DNA of 64,000 nt from an uncultured Veillonellaceae bacterium (GTDB taxonomy: Bacteria; Bacillota; Negativicutes; JARBTT01), in NCBI GenBank assembly GCA_963805085.1, contig CAWDTA010000003.1, positions 64,001-128,000 of the forward strand, read 5' to 3'. Shown piece by piece: positions 10,381 through 21,012 of this stretch; the stretch's first letter is position 1, and each line of letters starts with the position of its first letter. The position numbers and the translations under genes were made by a program. The notes below the pieces were generated by a model. That model was not told where the DNA came from. It was given only the letters and a program-made list of their open reading frames with translations, and did not search any database.

Positions 10381-11562
10381 ATGGAATTTTGGCAGAGAAA
10401 TTTATGGGTTTGTAGTTTTGCCGTTTTTATTGTTTCAATAGGAATGAGTCAAATGGCACCGATTTTACCTTTGTATGTGGAGCATTTAGGAATCCATGAT
10501 ACGGCAGAAATTGAGCAGTGGGCAGGAATTATTTTTGGCTGTAACTTTATTAGTTTAGCTATTTTTTCACCGATTTGGGGTAGGCTCGCTGACCAATATG
10601 GGCGGAAGCCGATGGTGCTCAGAGCGAGCTTATGGCTATCGGTAATTATGATTTGTATGGGACTCGCACAGAATGTATATCATTTGGTTATTTTACGAAT
10701 TTTACAAGGGGCGCTGTCGGGGTTTCAGGGCGCTGTTGTAACTTTAATTGCAATGCAAACGCCAAAACAAAAATCTGGTTGGGCGCTGGGAATATTGTTT
10801 ACTGGCCAAGTGGGAGGTTCTTTGCTAGGGCCATTATTTGGGGGCTATCTTTCTGAAGTTATCGGCTATCGCGAGACATTTTTTGTCATTGGTTTCTTAT
10901 GCTTCTGTGGTTTTGTAGCAATTTATTTTTGGGTTACGGAAAAACTTACACCTTTTGATGGTAAGATCTTAAGTTCGCGTGAGGTTTGGGCAGCGTTGCC
11001 GAATCCTCAATTGACAATCTGCTTGTTTGTTACAACTTTGGTTATGCAACTAGCCTTAATGTCGATTCAGCCGATTATAACGGTCTATATTGTTCAATTA
11101 TCAGCCAATGTAAATCACATTGCCCTGATTGCTGGGCTGGTTTTTGCTGCGTCTGGCTTTGCTAGTATGCTTGCGGCCTCGAAACTCGGGGCATTGTCTG
11201 ATCGAATTGGTCCGAAAAAAGTGTTATTAACGGCTTTGCTGCTGGCAGGGATTATTTTTATTCCTCAGGCTTTTGTTCAAAATCCTTGGCAACTTGGTAT
11301 TCTCCGGTTTTTGTTAGGGCTAGCTACCGCTGGCTTGTTACCTTCGATTAATAGCATGATCAGGCAGAGTACCCCAAAAGAAGTGATCGGCAGAATTTAT
11401 GGCTTTAATCAGTCCGCACAGTTTGTGGGGATGTTTTCGGGAGCCATTTTGGGCGGACAAATTGCGGCTTGGGCGGGGATTGAATACGTATTTTTCTTTA
11501 CAGCAGTCTTGCTGCTAAGCAATGCTTTTTGGTTTTATCGAATGGTCTATCGAAAAAGTTGA
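10381..11562 (+). CDS. MFS efflux transporter (MdtG-like)
   Basis: WQRNLW, WGRLADQYGRKPM, about 12 TM segments. Confidence 0.88.
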   Translation: MEFWQRNLWVCSFAVFIVSIGMSQMAPILPLYVEHLGIHDTAEIEQWAGIIFGCNFISLAIFSPIWGRLADQYGRKPMVLRASLWLSVIMICMGLAQNVYHLVILRILQGALSGFQGAVVTLIAMQTPKQKSGWALGILFTGQVGGSLLGPLFGGYLSEVIGYRETFFVIGFLCFCGFVAIYFWVTEKLTPFDGKILSSREVWAALPNPQLTICLFVTTLVMQLALMSIQPIITVYIVQLSANVNHIALIAGLVFAASGFASMLAASKLGALSDRIGPKKVLLTALLLAGIIFIPQAFVQNPWQLGILRFLLGLATAGLLPSINSMIRQSTPKEVIGRIYGFNQSAQFVGMFSGAILGGQIAAWAGIEYVFFFTAVLLLSNAFWFYRMVYRKS

Positions 11563-11645
11563 TTTCTAAGTAATTTTTATAACAAAATGACAGAGAACGC
11601 CTAACACGAATTTTTGCGATAGGCGTTCTTCTTTATGTTTATTAT

Positions 11646-12806
11646 TTATTTGATGATAACGCGATTTACTAAGCCTTTTACTGATGGTCTACCGCCACCA
11701 TCGGCCATCGCATGATTGATTTGCATCATACTAACTTGGGCACCAATATAGTTGCGGAAATGATTAAATTTAGCCGATTTTAAATCAGCGATTGTCATGT
11801 TGTAATCATTTTTGGCAACTTCTTGCAATGCTTTGATTGATTTCTGTGCTGCGGGAACGCTCAGTACCCAATCATGATCGGCAAGATGGGTAATATAACC
11901 TTCTTGTTTATGCGGTGTAGGCAGTGTTCCTCCGTCATTACTTAACAAGCCAAGCGCAATCGGATCTTTGCCAGCGATGATTGACGCTGCCTTTATCCAA
12001 CCGACGACATCAGCTTCATCTTTTTCTGAACCAGGATGATTGTGCGCGCAGGCCTGTGCTACAATGACATCAGCAGGTAAAGAGCGATAAATGGATTCAG
12101 CAATACTTAAAATGTGATGAGAGCCAGTACCAGCAATTGGTAGCTCGGTTAAACAGGAACCGTCTTCATTCCATTGAAATACCCAGGGTTTGTGCAAGTC
12201 GTGTAAGGCTTCCGAGGCAATAACGACATCGCGATTAACTTGATAACCAAATACTTCTTGATAAATAGAGCAAATGGCACTGGCAATACATAAGTTTGTT
12301 GCTGTGTGGGTAACCAGTCCGCCTGGATAAGAATGATGACTGTTATAACCGCTGCCTGGAGCTGAGATGAATGGTTGTTGCATCTTATTTGCACTACTAT
12401 ATTTAGGGAAGAGGGTCTCCCAACTGACTTTATTTTGATCTACTAAATTTTGCGCTAATAATTTTTGATAAACGGTTTCAATATGATTACTGCTTGGATA
12501 TTGCTTCATAATGGTAGGAGCGGGATTTTCAATAATATCCAAAACTGTTTTACGTAAATTGGAATTATTAATGCTTTTTACCGTAGACATTATTTTTTTG
12601 TAAGCATTCTGTATCATTTCTGATTGCTCTACTACGATGAGAGGATCAGTTGGGCAATTGACTAAATTGGTTGTCGTGATTTTGGTAGAATTGGCAAAAG
12701 ATAATTTAGGCACAGATAATAACGCTAAACTTGCCAATGTACCAGCTGACAATTGGAGGAAATTTCGTCGACTACATACTGGTTGACTCATAATAGGATC
12801 ATTCAT
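11646..12806 (-). CDS. Tat-exported HD-domain metal-dependent phosphohydrolase
   Basis: SRRNFL twin-arginine signal; HHSYPGGLVTHT, LHDLHK, HH, LADHD. Confidence 0.75.
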   Translation of the reverse strand: MNDPIMSQPVCSRRNFLQLSAGTLASLALLSVPKLSFANSTKITTTNLVNCPTDPLIVVEQSEMIQNAYKKIMSTVKSINNSNLRKTVLDIIENPAPTIMKQYPSSNHIETVYQKLLAQNLVDQNKVSWETLFPKYSSANKMQQPFISAPGSGYNSHHSYPGGLVTHTATNLCIASAICSIYQEVFGYQVNRDVVIASEALHDLHKPWVFQWNEDGSCLTELPIAGTGSHHILSIAESIYRSLPADVIVAQACAHNHPGSEKDEADVVGWIKAASIIAGKDPIALGLLSNDGGTLPTPHKQEGYITHLADHDWVLSVPAAQKSIKALQEVAKNDYNMTIADLKSAKFNHFRNYIGAQVSMMQINHAMADGGGRPSVKGLVNRVIIK

Positions 12807-12868
12807 TGTTTAAAGATACCCCCTACTTCTATTCTATTCTTATTTTAAATGGAATAGGGAAGGAGAGT

Positions 12869-12907
12869 TGTTATGCATTTGTTAAAATCAAGTTAAATTT
12901 GCGTGAA
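12869..12907 (-). promoter_or_regulatory. Pho-box-like direct repeats
   Basis: Minus strand TTCACG-N5-TTAACT-N5-TTAACA-N5-ATAACA, exact 11-bp period. Confidence 0.55.
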
Positions 12908-13190
12908 CAATACAGAAGCTGCAATCGGTAGTTTAGGGGAAAGAAAGGAAGGATGTATTGCTAGGGCAATGTAGACTTCAGCAAATAAAAAAATAGGTAA
13001 GCTTAGCAGTATTTATGAGAAAAATACAGAAAAATCGTGTGATTCGTAATGAAAATGATATATCTGCAAATAAATACTGAATTATGTATACTTTTAGCAG
13101 GAATTCATAGCTTTATGTGGAAAACAGAGCAAAAAGCTATGATTTTCTGTAGTTCTTATGATTGAATATTTTGGCTGGGGGGAAGTCTGG

Positions 13191-14750
13191 ATGCGTGTTA
13201 AGGTTTCCTATGTAGATCGAGTTGGTATCGTGTTTGATATTGCTTATGTTTTTATTAACCATCAACTAAATATTGTTTCAATGGAAGTGGGGGTAAATGT
13301 TATTTTTCTTGAGACGGAGCCACTGGTGCTGGAACGTGAACGGATATTAATTGATGAGTTAAGTAAGATTGCTGATATTAAACGGGTTGAGCAGATTGAA
13401 TTAATGCCGCATGAAGAAAAATCAGAACAACTCAAAGCTGTTTTGGATACTGTAGCGGATGGTGTCGTTGCTGTCGACAGTCGTGGATTTATTACGCAAT
13501 ATAATCCCGCTGCGGAAAGAATAATGCATAGATCTGTCGAGAATGTGATAGGAAAAAAATTAACCGATATTTTTCCATGTTGTTTAGCTTTAGTAGAATC
13601 AATGAAAAATGGAACAAAATCACTAAATCACGAAATATTTTTTGAACAAACCAACAGCCACTATTTGGTCAGTAGCCATCCAATTATGGATCATTATAAA
13701 AAAATTATTGGTGGCGTAGCTGTTTTAAAAGATATTAAAGATGTTCGCAAGATGTATCAAAGATTAACGCAGCAGCCAGCTTTTCACTTTGATGAAATTA
13801 TCCATACGAGCGAAGCGATGAAAAAAATCATTACACTTGCTAAGTCTTATGCATATAGTGATTCTACAGTGTTGATTCGTGGTGAAACGGGAACGGGAAA
13901 GGAGCTGTTTGCGAGAGCTTTGCATAGTGCTTCTTCGCGCGCGGAAAATATTTTTGTGCCAATTAATTGTGCAGCGATACCAGATACTCTGCTAGAAAGT
14001 GAACTTTTTGGTTATGAAGATGGTGCTTTTACTGGTGCGACTAAAGGAGGAAAACAAGGACTATTTGAATTGGCTAATGGTGGGACGCTGTTCTTAGATG
14101 AAGTTGGGGAGATTTCAGTACATTTGCAGGTGAAATTACTGCGGGTATTGCAAGAACGAAAAATACGACGCATTGGTAGCCAACGGGAATTTCCTATTGA
14201 TGTGCGTATTTTGGCGGCAACGAATCGGGATCTTGAAGTGATGATTGAACAAGGAACTTTTCGTGAAGACTTATATTATCGCTTAAATGTGATTCCATTA
14301 TTTTTGCCACCATTGCGTGAACGCCGAGAAGATGTTGCTTTGCTGGCTAACGTTTTCTTACAGCGTTTTTCACTTAAACTGCACAAAGAAGCTGATTATA
14401 TTAGTGAAAAAGCGTTGCAAGTATTAACCGGATATGATTGGCCGGGAAATATCCGTGAATTGGAAAATGTAATGGAAAGGGCAGTAAATATCGTTCATGG
14501 CAATATCATATCAGAAGAACAGCTGTTTCTTGGTCGCAATGTTACACCGCTTCGGCAGGCATTGCCAGCGGTAGCTGAGAGAACGTTAGAGGAGATGTTG
14601 GCAGAGACAGAGCGGGAAATTTTATGTCGAGTCCTTTGTCAGTACCATACATCGCGAAAACTTGGCAGTGTGCTAGGATTATCGCATACAAGCGTGCTGA
14701 AAAAATTACGCAAATATGGTCTTTCATTTGAACAATTTAAAGCCAAGTAA
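13191..14750 (+). CDS. TyrR/PhhR-like sigma54 enhancer-binding protein (ACT-PAS-AAA+-HTH)
   Basis: DRVG ACT start, PAS, GETGTGKE, ESELFG, intact GAFTGA, C-terminal STRKLG-like HTH (TSRKLG...SHT). Confidence 0.9.
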   Translation: MRVKVSYVDRVGIVFDIAYVFINHQLNIVSMEVGVNVIFLETEPLVLERERILIDELSKIADIKRVEQIELMPHEEKSEQLKAVLDTVADGVVAVDSRGFITQYNPAAERIMHRSVENVIGKKLTDIFPCCLALVESMKNGTKSLNHEIFFEQTNSHYLVSSHPIMDHYKKIIGGVAVLKDIKDVRKMYQRLTQQPAFHFDEIIHTSEAMKKIITLAKSYAYSDSTVLIRGETGTGKELFARALHSASSRAENIFVPINCAAIPDTLLESELFGYEDGAFTGATKGGKQGLFELANGGTLFLDEVGEISVHLQVKLLRVLQERKIRRIGSQREFPIDVRILAATNRDLEVMIEQGTFREDLYYRLNVIPLFLPPLRERREDVALLANVFLQRFSLKLHKEADYISEKALQVLTGYDWPGNIRELENVMERAVNIVHGNIISEEQLFLGRNVTPLRQALPAVAERTLEEMLAETEREILCRVLCQYHTSRKLGSVLGLSHTSVLKKLRKYGLSFEQFKAK

Positions 14751-14763
14751 TACTAGTGTAAAC

Positions 14764-14812
14764 GAGAAGGGGAATATTCACGGCCGATTGGCATGAATAT
14801 TCCCCTTCTTTT
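14764..14812. terminator. Terminator between convergent genes
   Basis: AGAAGGGGAATATTCA...TGAATATTCCCCTTCT inverted repeat. Confidence 0.75.
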
Positions 14813-14860
14813 CAGAAACTTGGCATGAACGATATTTTTTTTGAATATCAAGTGCCTAAG

Positions 14861-16243
14861 TTAGCTGCCAGTTTCTTGTTTATTGAGACCATTCATATAA
14901 TAAGAAGCAATTACACCAGCGAACCAGATCGGCGCGATATAAAGAGCGATGCGAGTATCCTCCTTAAAGAACATGATGATTGCTACAAAAATAAAGAAAG
15001 CGATACAAATCCAACTAGAATAAGGTGAATGTGGCATAGGGTAATGCAAGTTAGCAATCTGTTCTTTCGACAAAGTCTCTCTGAATTTGATTTGTACCAT
15101 TAAAATAATACCCCAGATCCAAAGCGCCCCGAACGTAGCAACGCTGGTTACATAAGTAAATACTTCAGCGGGAACTAGATAATTTAATACAACACCGATT
15201 AGTAAGAAGAAAGAAGAAACGAGGATGCCATTGGCAGGAACCAAATGATCACTTAGTTTAGCGAAAAATTTCGGTGCCTTTCCTTGTAAAGCCAGGTTAT
15301 AAAGCATCCGTCCAGTACTGAAAAGACCACTGTTACAAGAAGATAAAGCAGCTGTTAAAACTACAAAGTTGATAATACCAGCTGCGGTACTAATGCCAAG
15401 CTTACTGAATGTAAGAACGAAAGGGCTGCCAATAGTACCGATCTGATCCCAAGGATAGATGGACATAATAACGCTTAAAGCCAGTACATAGAAAATTAAA
15501 ATCCGCCAGAATACTTTATCAATTGCTGCTGGTATTGTTTTTTCGGGATGAGCAGCTTCACCAGCAGTAACACCAATGATTTCAATCCCAAGATAAGAAA
15601 ACATAACCATAACGATAGCCATAAACATACCAGAAATACCATTCGGGAAGAAACCATCATGCGTCCAAAGATTAGAAATGCCGATAGCGACGCCATCGTT
15701 ACCGATACCAAAAAAGATCATCGCACAGCCGACGATAATCATAGCGATAATCGTGACAACTTTAATCAAGGCAAACCAGAATTCAAACTCGCCGTAAGCA
15801 GATACGGCAATTAGATTTACAATCGTCATACAAACGAGAGCCGCTAAAGCTGGAATCCATTGAGGCAGATCAGGAATCCAGTAATTCACATAAACACCGA
15901 CGGCGGTGATCTCGGCCATACAAGTAACGACCCACATAAACCAGTAGGTCCAGCCAGTAATGTAGCCACATAAAGGGCCTAAAAATTTACTGGAGTGAGC
16001 ACTAAAAGCCCCAGAAACAGGATACTCTACGGTGACTTCGCCTAAAGCCCGCATCACATAAAATATGACGACACCACCGAGAAAATAGGTAAGGATCAGT
16101 GAAGGACCAGCGACTCTGATTGCTGCAGCTGAACCAAGAAATAAACCAACCCCAATTGCTCCGCCCAAGGCAATCAACTGAATATGTCTTTCTTTGAGAC
16201 CACGATGTAATTCTTCTTGAAGACCATTATTTTCTTTTTCCAT
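14861..16243 (-). CDS. APC-family amino acid permease, copy 1
   Basis: RHIQLIALGGAIGVGLFLG, GEFEFWFA; GGAGG RBS before MEKENN. Confidence 0.93.
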   Translation of the reverse strand: MEKENNGLQEELHRGLKERHIQLIALGGAIGVGLFLGSAAAIRVAGPSLILTYFLGGVVIFYVMRALGEVTVEYPVSGAFSAHSSKFLGPLCGYITGWTYWFMWVVTCMAEITAVGVYVNYWIPDLPQWIPALAALVCMTIVNLIAVSAYGEFEFWFALIKVVTIIAMIIVGCAMIFFGIGNDGVAIGISNLWTHDGFFPNGISGMFMAIVMVMFSYLGIEIIGVTAGEAAHPEKTIPAAIDKVFWRILIFYVLALSVIMSIYPWDQIGTIGSPFVLTFSKLGISTAAGIINFVVLTAALSSCNSGLFSTGRMLYNLALQGKAPKFFAKLSDHLVPANGILVSSFFLLIGVVLNYLVPAEVFTYVTSVATFGALWIWGIILMVQIKFRETLSKEQIANLHYPMPHSPYSSWICIAFFIFVAIIMFFKEDTRIALYIAPIWFAGVIASYYMNGLNKQETGS

Positions 16244-16449
16244 TAGTTTCCCTCCTAACATATACATATTTAGTATGAACAAAATCAGTAGGTACTTTAT
16301 AAAAGTTATTAGAATTTTCGGAAAATTATACTAGGGAATAAAGTAACTCTATGCCAATTAGCCATAGAAAATATTTTTCTTAGCAAATAGTTTGCCTATT
16401 GACATAGAGTTACTAGATATGTTCAAGGATAATTTTATTTTATGAGGAA

Positions 16450-17565
16450 TTATAAAATCTTACTCAACTCAACATAAGGTAATCTTAGACCATCAGCAAC
16501 TCCTTTGAAGGTCACGTTTCCGTTCAATACGTTAATGCCTTTTGCTAAACCAGGATCATCTAGACACGCCTGACGATACCCTTTGTTCGCTAGTTGTAAA
16601 GCGTAAGGTAATGTAGCGTTTGTAAGGGCGAAAGTAGAAGTACGGGCAACTGCGCCAGGCATGTTGGCAACTGAGTAATGGACAACACCATGTTTGATAA
16701 ATGTTGGATTATCGTGAGTTGTACAGTGGTCACAAGTGACAATCGAGCCACCTTGGTCAATCGCAACATCAACAACTACAGAGCCAGGTTCCATAGTCTT
16801 TATCATTTCTTCTGATACTAATTTTGGTGTTTTTGCTCCAGGAACTAATACAGAACCAATCAATAAATCCGCTTTTTTCACCCATTCAGCAATATTATAA
16901 CTATTAGACATTACCGTAATGATACGACTGCCAAAAATATCATCAAGATAACGTAAACGGTCACCAGACATATCGATTACTGTTACTCTTGCTCCCATGC
17001 CAACAGCAATTTTAGCAGCATTTGTACCAACATTGCCACCGCCGATGATGACTACTTGACCAGATTCTACGCCTGATACGCCGCTTAATAGAATACCTTT
17101 ACCGCCATTTTGCTTTTCTAAGAATTGAGCACCGATCTGAACTGCCATACGTCCAGCAACTTCACTCATTGGTGATAATAATGGTAATGTATTATTTCTG
17201 CCTACGATCGTTTCATAAGCGATACCGACCACTTTATGTTTTAACAAGGCTTGTGTAAGCTCCGGTTCTGGAGCGAGATGTAAATACGTAAATAACACTT
17301 GACCTTCATGGAATAAATCATATTCTGGTTCTATTGGTTCTTTTACCTTAATAATCATTTCTGATTGATCAAATAAAGCTTTTTTATCACTGATAATTTT
17401 GGCACCTGTTGATTCGTAGCTGCTATCGCTAAAGCCACTGCCGATACCAGCGCCTTTTTCGATGAATACTGTGTGACCAGCTTTACATAGTGCTTCGCTG
17501 CCCGCAGGAGTCAAGCCAACTCGATACTCGTTGTTTTTGATTTCTTTTACTACGCCAATAATCAT
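16450..17565 (-). CDS. ald: Alanine dehydrogenase
   Basis: [40 protein letters not shown]. Confidence 0.96.
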   Translation of the reverse strand: MIIGVVKEIKNNEYRVGLTPAGSEALCKAGHTVFIEKGAGIGSGFSDSSYESTGAKIISDKKALFDQSEMIIKVKEPIEPEYDLFHEGQVLFTYLHLAPEPELTQALLKHKVVGIAYETIVGRNNTLPLLSPMSEVAGRMAVQIGAQFLEKQNGGKGILLSGVSGVESGQVVIIGGGNVGTNAAKIAVGMGARVTVIDMSGDRLRYLDDIFGSRIITVMSNSYNIAEWVKKADLLIGSVLVPGAKTPKLVSEEMIKTMEPGSVVVDVAIDQGGSIVTCDHCTTHDNPTFIKHGVVHYSVANMPGAVARTSTFALTNATLPYALQLANKGYRQACLDDPGLAKGINVLNGNVTFKGVADGLRLPYVELSKIL

Positions 17566-17618
17566 GTGAAACCCCTCCGTATTAATTTATTTATAGGTCT
17601 TATCTATGAATAAATTAA

Positions 17619-17635
17619 TGCAAGTTATGTGCCAA
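17619..17635 (-). promoter_or_regulatory. sigma54 (-24/-12) promoter of ald
   Basis: Minus strand TTGGCACATAACTTGCA matches TGGCAC-N5-TTGC. Confidence 0.88.
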
Positions 17636-17673
17636 TCCTATAAACCAATGAAATTAGGTAAGATTATATTTCG

Positions 17674-17734
17674 TGGAAATAAATCATTACAAAAAGTGGA
17701 ACGGAAAGTTTACAGTTGTAAACTTTTCGTTCCA
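17674..17734. promoter_or_regulatory. Three tandem TyrR-box-like enhancer sites
   Basis: TGGAAA-N6-ATTACA (17674), TGGAAC-N6-TTTACA (17697), TGTAAA-N6-GTTCCA (17717), compared with the TyrR box TGTAAA-N6-TTTACA. Confidence 0.7.
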
Positions 17735-17878
17735 CTTTATATGTATATTTATTTTATGCCAAATCGATAGGAGGTTACTTCGTGATATATCTCACCTGCT
17801 TTTAAAATCGGCTGAAGAAAATTTGGATTTTTTAAGGCATTAGTAGATATTCAATGCCAGCAAGCTAAAGGTCAATCA

Positions 17879-18126
17879 ATGTCTAGAAGAGGTAACTGTT
17901 GGGATAATGCACTACGAGAATCATTCTTTGATAGGAAAGATGAGATTGATTATAAAAATTGCACAGCATTTGAAGATCTGCAAAAGACAATTGATGATTA
18001 CATACGATATTATAATAATTACCGGGCAATGGAATTTAAAACAGCTGACTTCTGTTCAATACAGAAATCAGCTGTTAGTTGCTTAGTACTCTTTTTTATA
18101 TTGTCCTTGACATAGGGTCCACTTTA
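17879..18126 (+). pseudogene. IS3-family transposase C-terminal remnant with right end
   Basis: MSRRGNCWDNA..ESFF..K.E, IDDYIRYYNNYR integrase tail then frameshift; ends TTGTCCTTGACATAGGGTCCACTTTA. Confidence 0.85.
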
Positions 18127-18153
18127 CTATTGAGTGGATCCATCGTACGAAAT

Positions 18154-18930
18154 CTATTTCTCCACCATATATTCAGGGCTTCGGTTTTTAAAATAGATTA
18201 GCTGTAACTTGCATTGTTCAAGGAATTCTTTAGCAATTGCAAAATTACTACCAATAGCTTGTTGCGTATGCGCATCAGAACCAATAATCACCAATCTGCC
18301 ACCTAATTCATAATAGCGTTTATAAATCGGCGTCAACGCATTGACAACACTTCGCTCACCAAGCCGTCGTGTATTTAATTCCAAAACAATATCATTGGCA
18401 ATTGTTTTTTTTAAAACTTCATCAATGAAATCTTGAAACTCATGATAATAAATTTCTGTATCCTCATACTTGGCATAACGTGCAATATAGTCTATATGCC
18501 CTAACGCATCAATAAACTTATATTCTTTTACGCACTTGGCCATCGTTTCAAAATAACTTGCATAGGTTTGCGCCTTAGTTCGATTTTCATAAAAAAAATC
18601 ATAATAAATATCTATGCCTTCTACCATGTGAATAGAACCTAAAACGTAATCAAAACGATCTTTTTTCACAATCGCATAATTCTCAGTAACACACTCTGTT
18701 CGCATACCAAGCTCAATACCAAGTAGCAAATGATTACTTCTATATTGATTATAGGTAGCAAAATAATCATCAACATCAAAAATGAGTTGATCATGCTTTG
18801 GATATAATAAATCCATGTGTTCTGTTGTGATTAAACCAATACCACATTCTTTTGCTCGCATCATAGCATCAGTTAAGAGCATTTTTGAATCTGAAGAAAA
18901 ATCTGTATGTATATGAGCATCAAATATCAT
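18154..18930 (-). CDS. PHP-family histidinol-phosphatase (HisJ/HisK-like)
   Basis: DAHIHT, TEHMD, GSIH, LGHIDY, ELNT, GSDAH. Confidence 0.85.
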   Translation of the reverse strand: MIFDAHIHTDFSSDSKMLLTDAMMRAKECGIGLITTEHMDLLYPKHDQLIFDVDDYFATYNQYRSNHLLLGIELGMRTECVTENYAIVKKDRFDYVLGSIHMVEGIDIYYDFFYENRTKAQTYASYFETMAKCVKEYKFIDALGHIDYIARYAKYEDTEIYYHEFQDFIDEVLKKTIANDIVLELNTRRLGERSVVNALTPIYKRYYELGGRLVIIGSDAHTQQAIGSNFAIAKEFLEQCKLQLIYFKNRSPEYMVEK

Positions 18931-18958
18931 CTATATTTATAACCATGCCTTTCGTATA

Positions 18959-19101
18959 CTCAAGGACAAAACTATATGAAAGTTTTGTCCTTGAGCCCAT
19001 TTTTTGTACTATGTACTTGAGAAAGCAAATTACTACAAATCACGGAGAGGGGAGTGTGTTGTTTCTCCAGAAATTGTCCACATTTTTATATGTGTAGTTC
19101 A
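18959..19101. mobile_element. IS end remnants: a long IR hairpin and an IS3-like terminal IR
   Basis: CTCAAGGACAAAACT...AGTTTTGTCCTTGAG hairpin; the reverse complement of 19074-19101 (TGAACTACAC...TGTGGACAA) resembles an IS3 terminus. Confidence 0.4.
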
Positions 19102-19237
19102 TCCGTTTCAGGCACAAATAAGTGTGCTACCGAGCACATAGACTTATCTTTGTTTTAACAATTAAAACCTATTTACATAAAATTTTCTGTGCCCTCCTGG
19201 CTTCAAAACCATTTTTTCAAAACAAGGTCTAAAACTA

Positions 19238-19942
19238 CTAAGCTACTTTAGTAGCTTTTATAATGAAAATTTTATGGTAATAGTTATCTCCATCTTTTTT
19301 TAACATATCATATGCGCAATTAGTAATATGATCTATTCTTTCAAAAGACAGTTTTCCTAATTGATTTTCTATAGTATTAACTATCTCAACCTTAAGTTGT
19401 TTATCTTCAAGAATCTTTACAGTAGTTTCCAAATTGCAGATTTCAAAATGCATTAAGTATAGTGAACCGCCTGGGTTTAAATGCTTATCTACATCATTTA
19501 TTATTTTATCTATAACATCGCGGCCTAGATTTCCTCCGTTGTTTGCCCAGCCAATCCAGTTATTTCGTTCTTTACTTTGTGGAGTAGGAAGTTGGGGAGG
19601 ATTTGAGTAAATAATATCAAATTTTTTATTACTGAACGGCTCATAGCAGTCTCCAACAAAAATGTTATCTTTAAAATCAACATCATTTAGATAGCCATTA
19701 ACTATTGTACTCATTACGGCGTTTTTGTTTATATCTACGCCATAAAATTCTTTTACCTTTTGCCCTATGAAAACAGCTGCTACTCCAAGACCTACCCCAA
19801 TTTCCAGAACTACGTCTGTTGGTTCGGTCTGGATGGCATCTGCAAGAAGAAGTGTATCTTCTCTAGCTTCATGTACTTCACTGTGGGAAAGAAAAATTTT
19901 ATCCCCGGTTATAAATAAATGTTTTATGGCTTCAATAGACAT
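19238..19942 (-). CDS. Class I SAM methyltransferase (HemK2/MTQ2-like)
   Basis: EDTLLL, VLEIGVGLG, DIN, SNPPQLP, GG-LGRDVID. Confidence 0.82.
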   Translation of the reverse strand: MSIEAIKHLFITGDKIFLSHSEVHEAREDTLLLADAIQTEPTDVVLEIGVGLGVAAVFIGQKVKEFYGVDINKNAVMSTIVNGYLNDVDFKDNIFVGDCYEPFSNKKFDIIYSNPPQLPTPQSKERNNWIGWANNGGNLGRDVIDKIINDVDKHLNPGGSLYLMHFEICNLETTVKILEDKQLKVEIVNTIENQLGKLSFERIDHITNCAYDMLKKDGDNYYHKIFIIKATKVA

Positions 19943-20135
19943 GAAAATTCCCCCTTTGTTTATCTTGATTAATTTTAGTATTACCTATAATTGTAATGTA
20001 ATCATTTGTAATTTACAACAATAAATACCAAAAAATATAAAACTATTGCATTTTATCCAAATACTGTATAATATCAATATATATATATAGGTTTATCATA
20101 TAAAACTATTTACTGTAATATTAAGGAGGTATAGA

Positions 20136-20780
20136 ATGTATACTTGTATAATTTTTGATGTTGACGGAACACTCATAGATTCGCAAAAGGCGATCATTGA
20201 AGCTTTAAAAAAGGTGCTGAAAGAAGAAAAACACAGTTTTGAATATTCCGATGAAGAACTATCCTTCGTTTTGGGGATACCGGGATACCTAGCACTAGAA
20301 CAGCTGGGGGTACGTGACATAAAACGCAGTTTGAATAATTGGACGGAATATACTCTTTTGCACTCTCATTACATAAGACTATTTCCAAAAATCAAGAATT
20401 TACTTAAATTGTTACGCAATTTAGGAATGCAAACTGGTGTAGTAACATCAAATACCAAAAAAGAGTTAGAAGATAATTTTTTGCCTTTTGGATTAATGGA
20501 TTTTTTTGATTACATTGTTTGTGCAGACGATACGGAAAGGCATAAACCAAACCCCGAGCCGTTGCTGAAATTTCTTGAATTGTCGGGTGCAAATCCTTCA
20601 AGGTCTTTATATATAGGAGATACTGTTTATGATTTGGAATGTGCCAAAGGAGCAAATGTAGACTTTGGGTTAGCACTATGGGCAGCAAAACCACATTATG
20701 AGCTTAATCCCAAGTTTAAATTTAAGTCTCCTAATGAAATTTTGAAAGTTATCGGAATTGAAGAAATCGAAAACTTTTAA
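20136..20780 (+). CDS. HAD-family hydrolase
   Basis: FDVDGTLIDS, HKPNPEP, YIGDT-YD. Confidence 0.9.
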   Translation: MYTCIIFDVDGTLIDSQKAIIEALKKVLKEEKHSFEYSDEELSFVLGIPGYLALEQLGVRDIKRSLNNWTEYTLLHSHYIRLFPKIKNLLKLLRNLGMQTGVVTSNTKKELEDNFLPFGLMDFFDYIVCADDTERHKPNPEPLLKFLELSGANPSRSLYIGDTVYDLECAKGANVDFGLALWAAKPHYELNPKFKFKSPNEILKVIGIEEIENF

Positions 20781-20781
20781 A

Positions 20782-20865
20782 AGATTAGATGTGCAAGTAG
20801 TAGCCTCAACTGTAGGAAGTCTAGAAGGCAATGTAACTATAGAAGCCGGCAAAGACGTAGTAATT
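20782..20865 (+). pseudogene. Fragment resembling a filamentous hemagglutinin/CdiA repeat
   Basis: Translates RLDVQVVASTVGSLEGNVTIEAGKDVVI with no RBS context. Confidence 0.45.
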
Positions 20866-21012
20866 GATAAGAGACAAGCTCACGTTTACTTTTGTCTCAA
20901 CTAAAATGTAATTAAAGAGTATAAAATAAAATGTGTAAGTTCTTTTCATATGCAAATACGAAAAGAACTTACACATTTTTGACAACAGAGGGTGCTTTCA
21001 TTGGTGTTTCTT

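Noticed and set aside
14788-14803. TTGGCATGAATATTCC as a sigma54 promoter
   Set aside because: Lacks the -12 GC, lies inside a terminator hairpin and points antisense into the permease.
16342-16415. Long inverted repeat between ald and the permease containing TTGGCATAG
   Set aside because: No -12 element; best explained as an intercistronic stabiliser or partial terminator.
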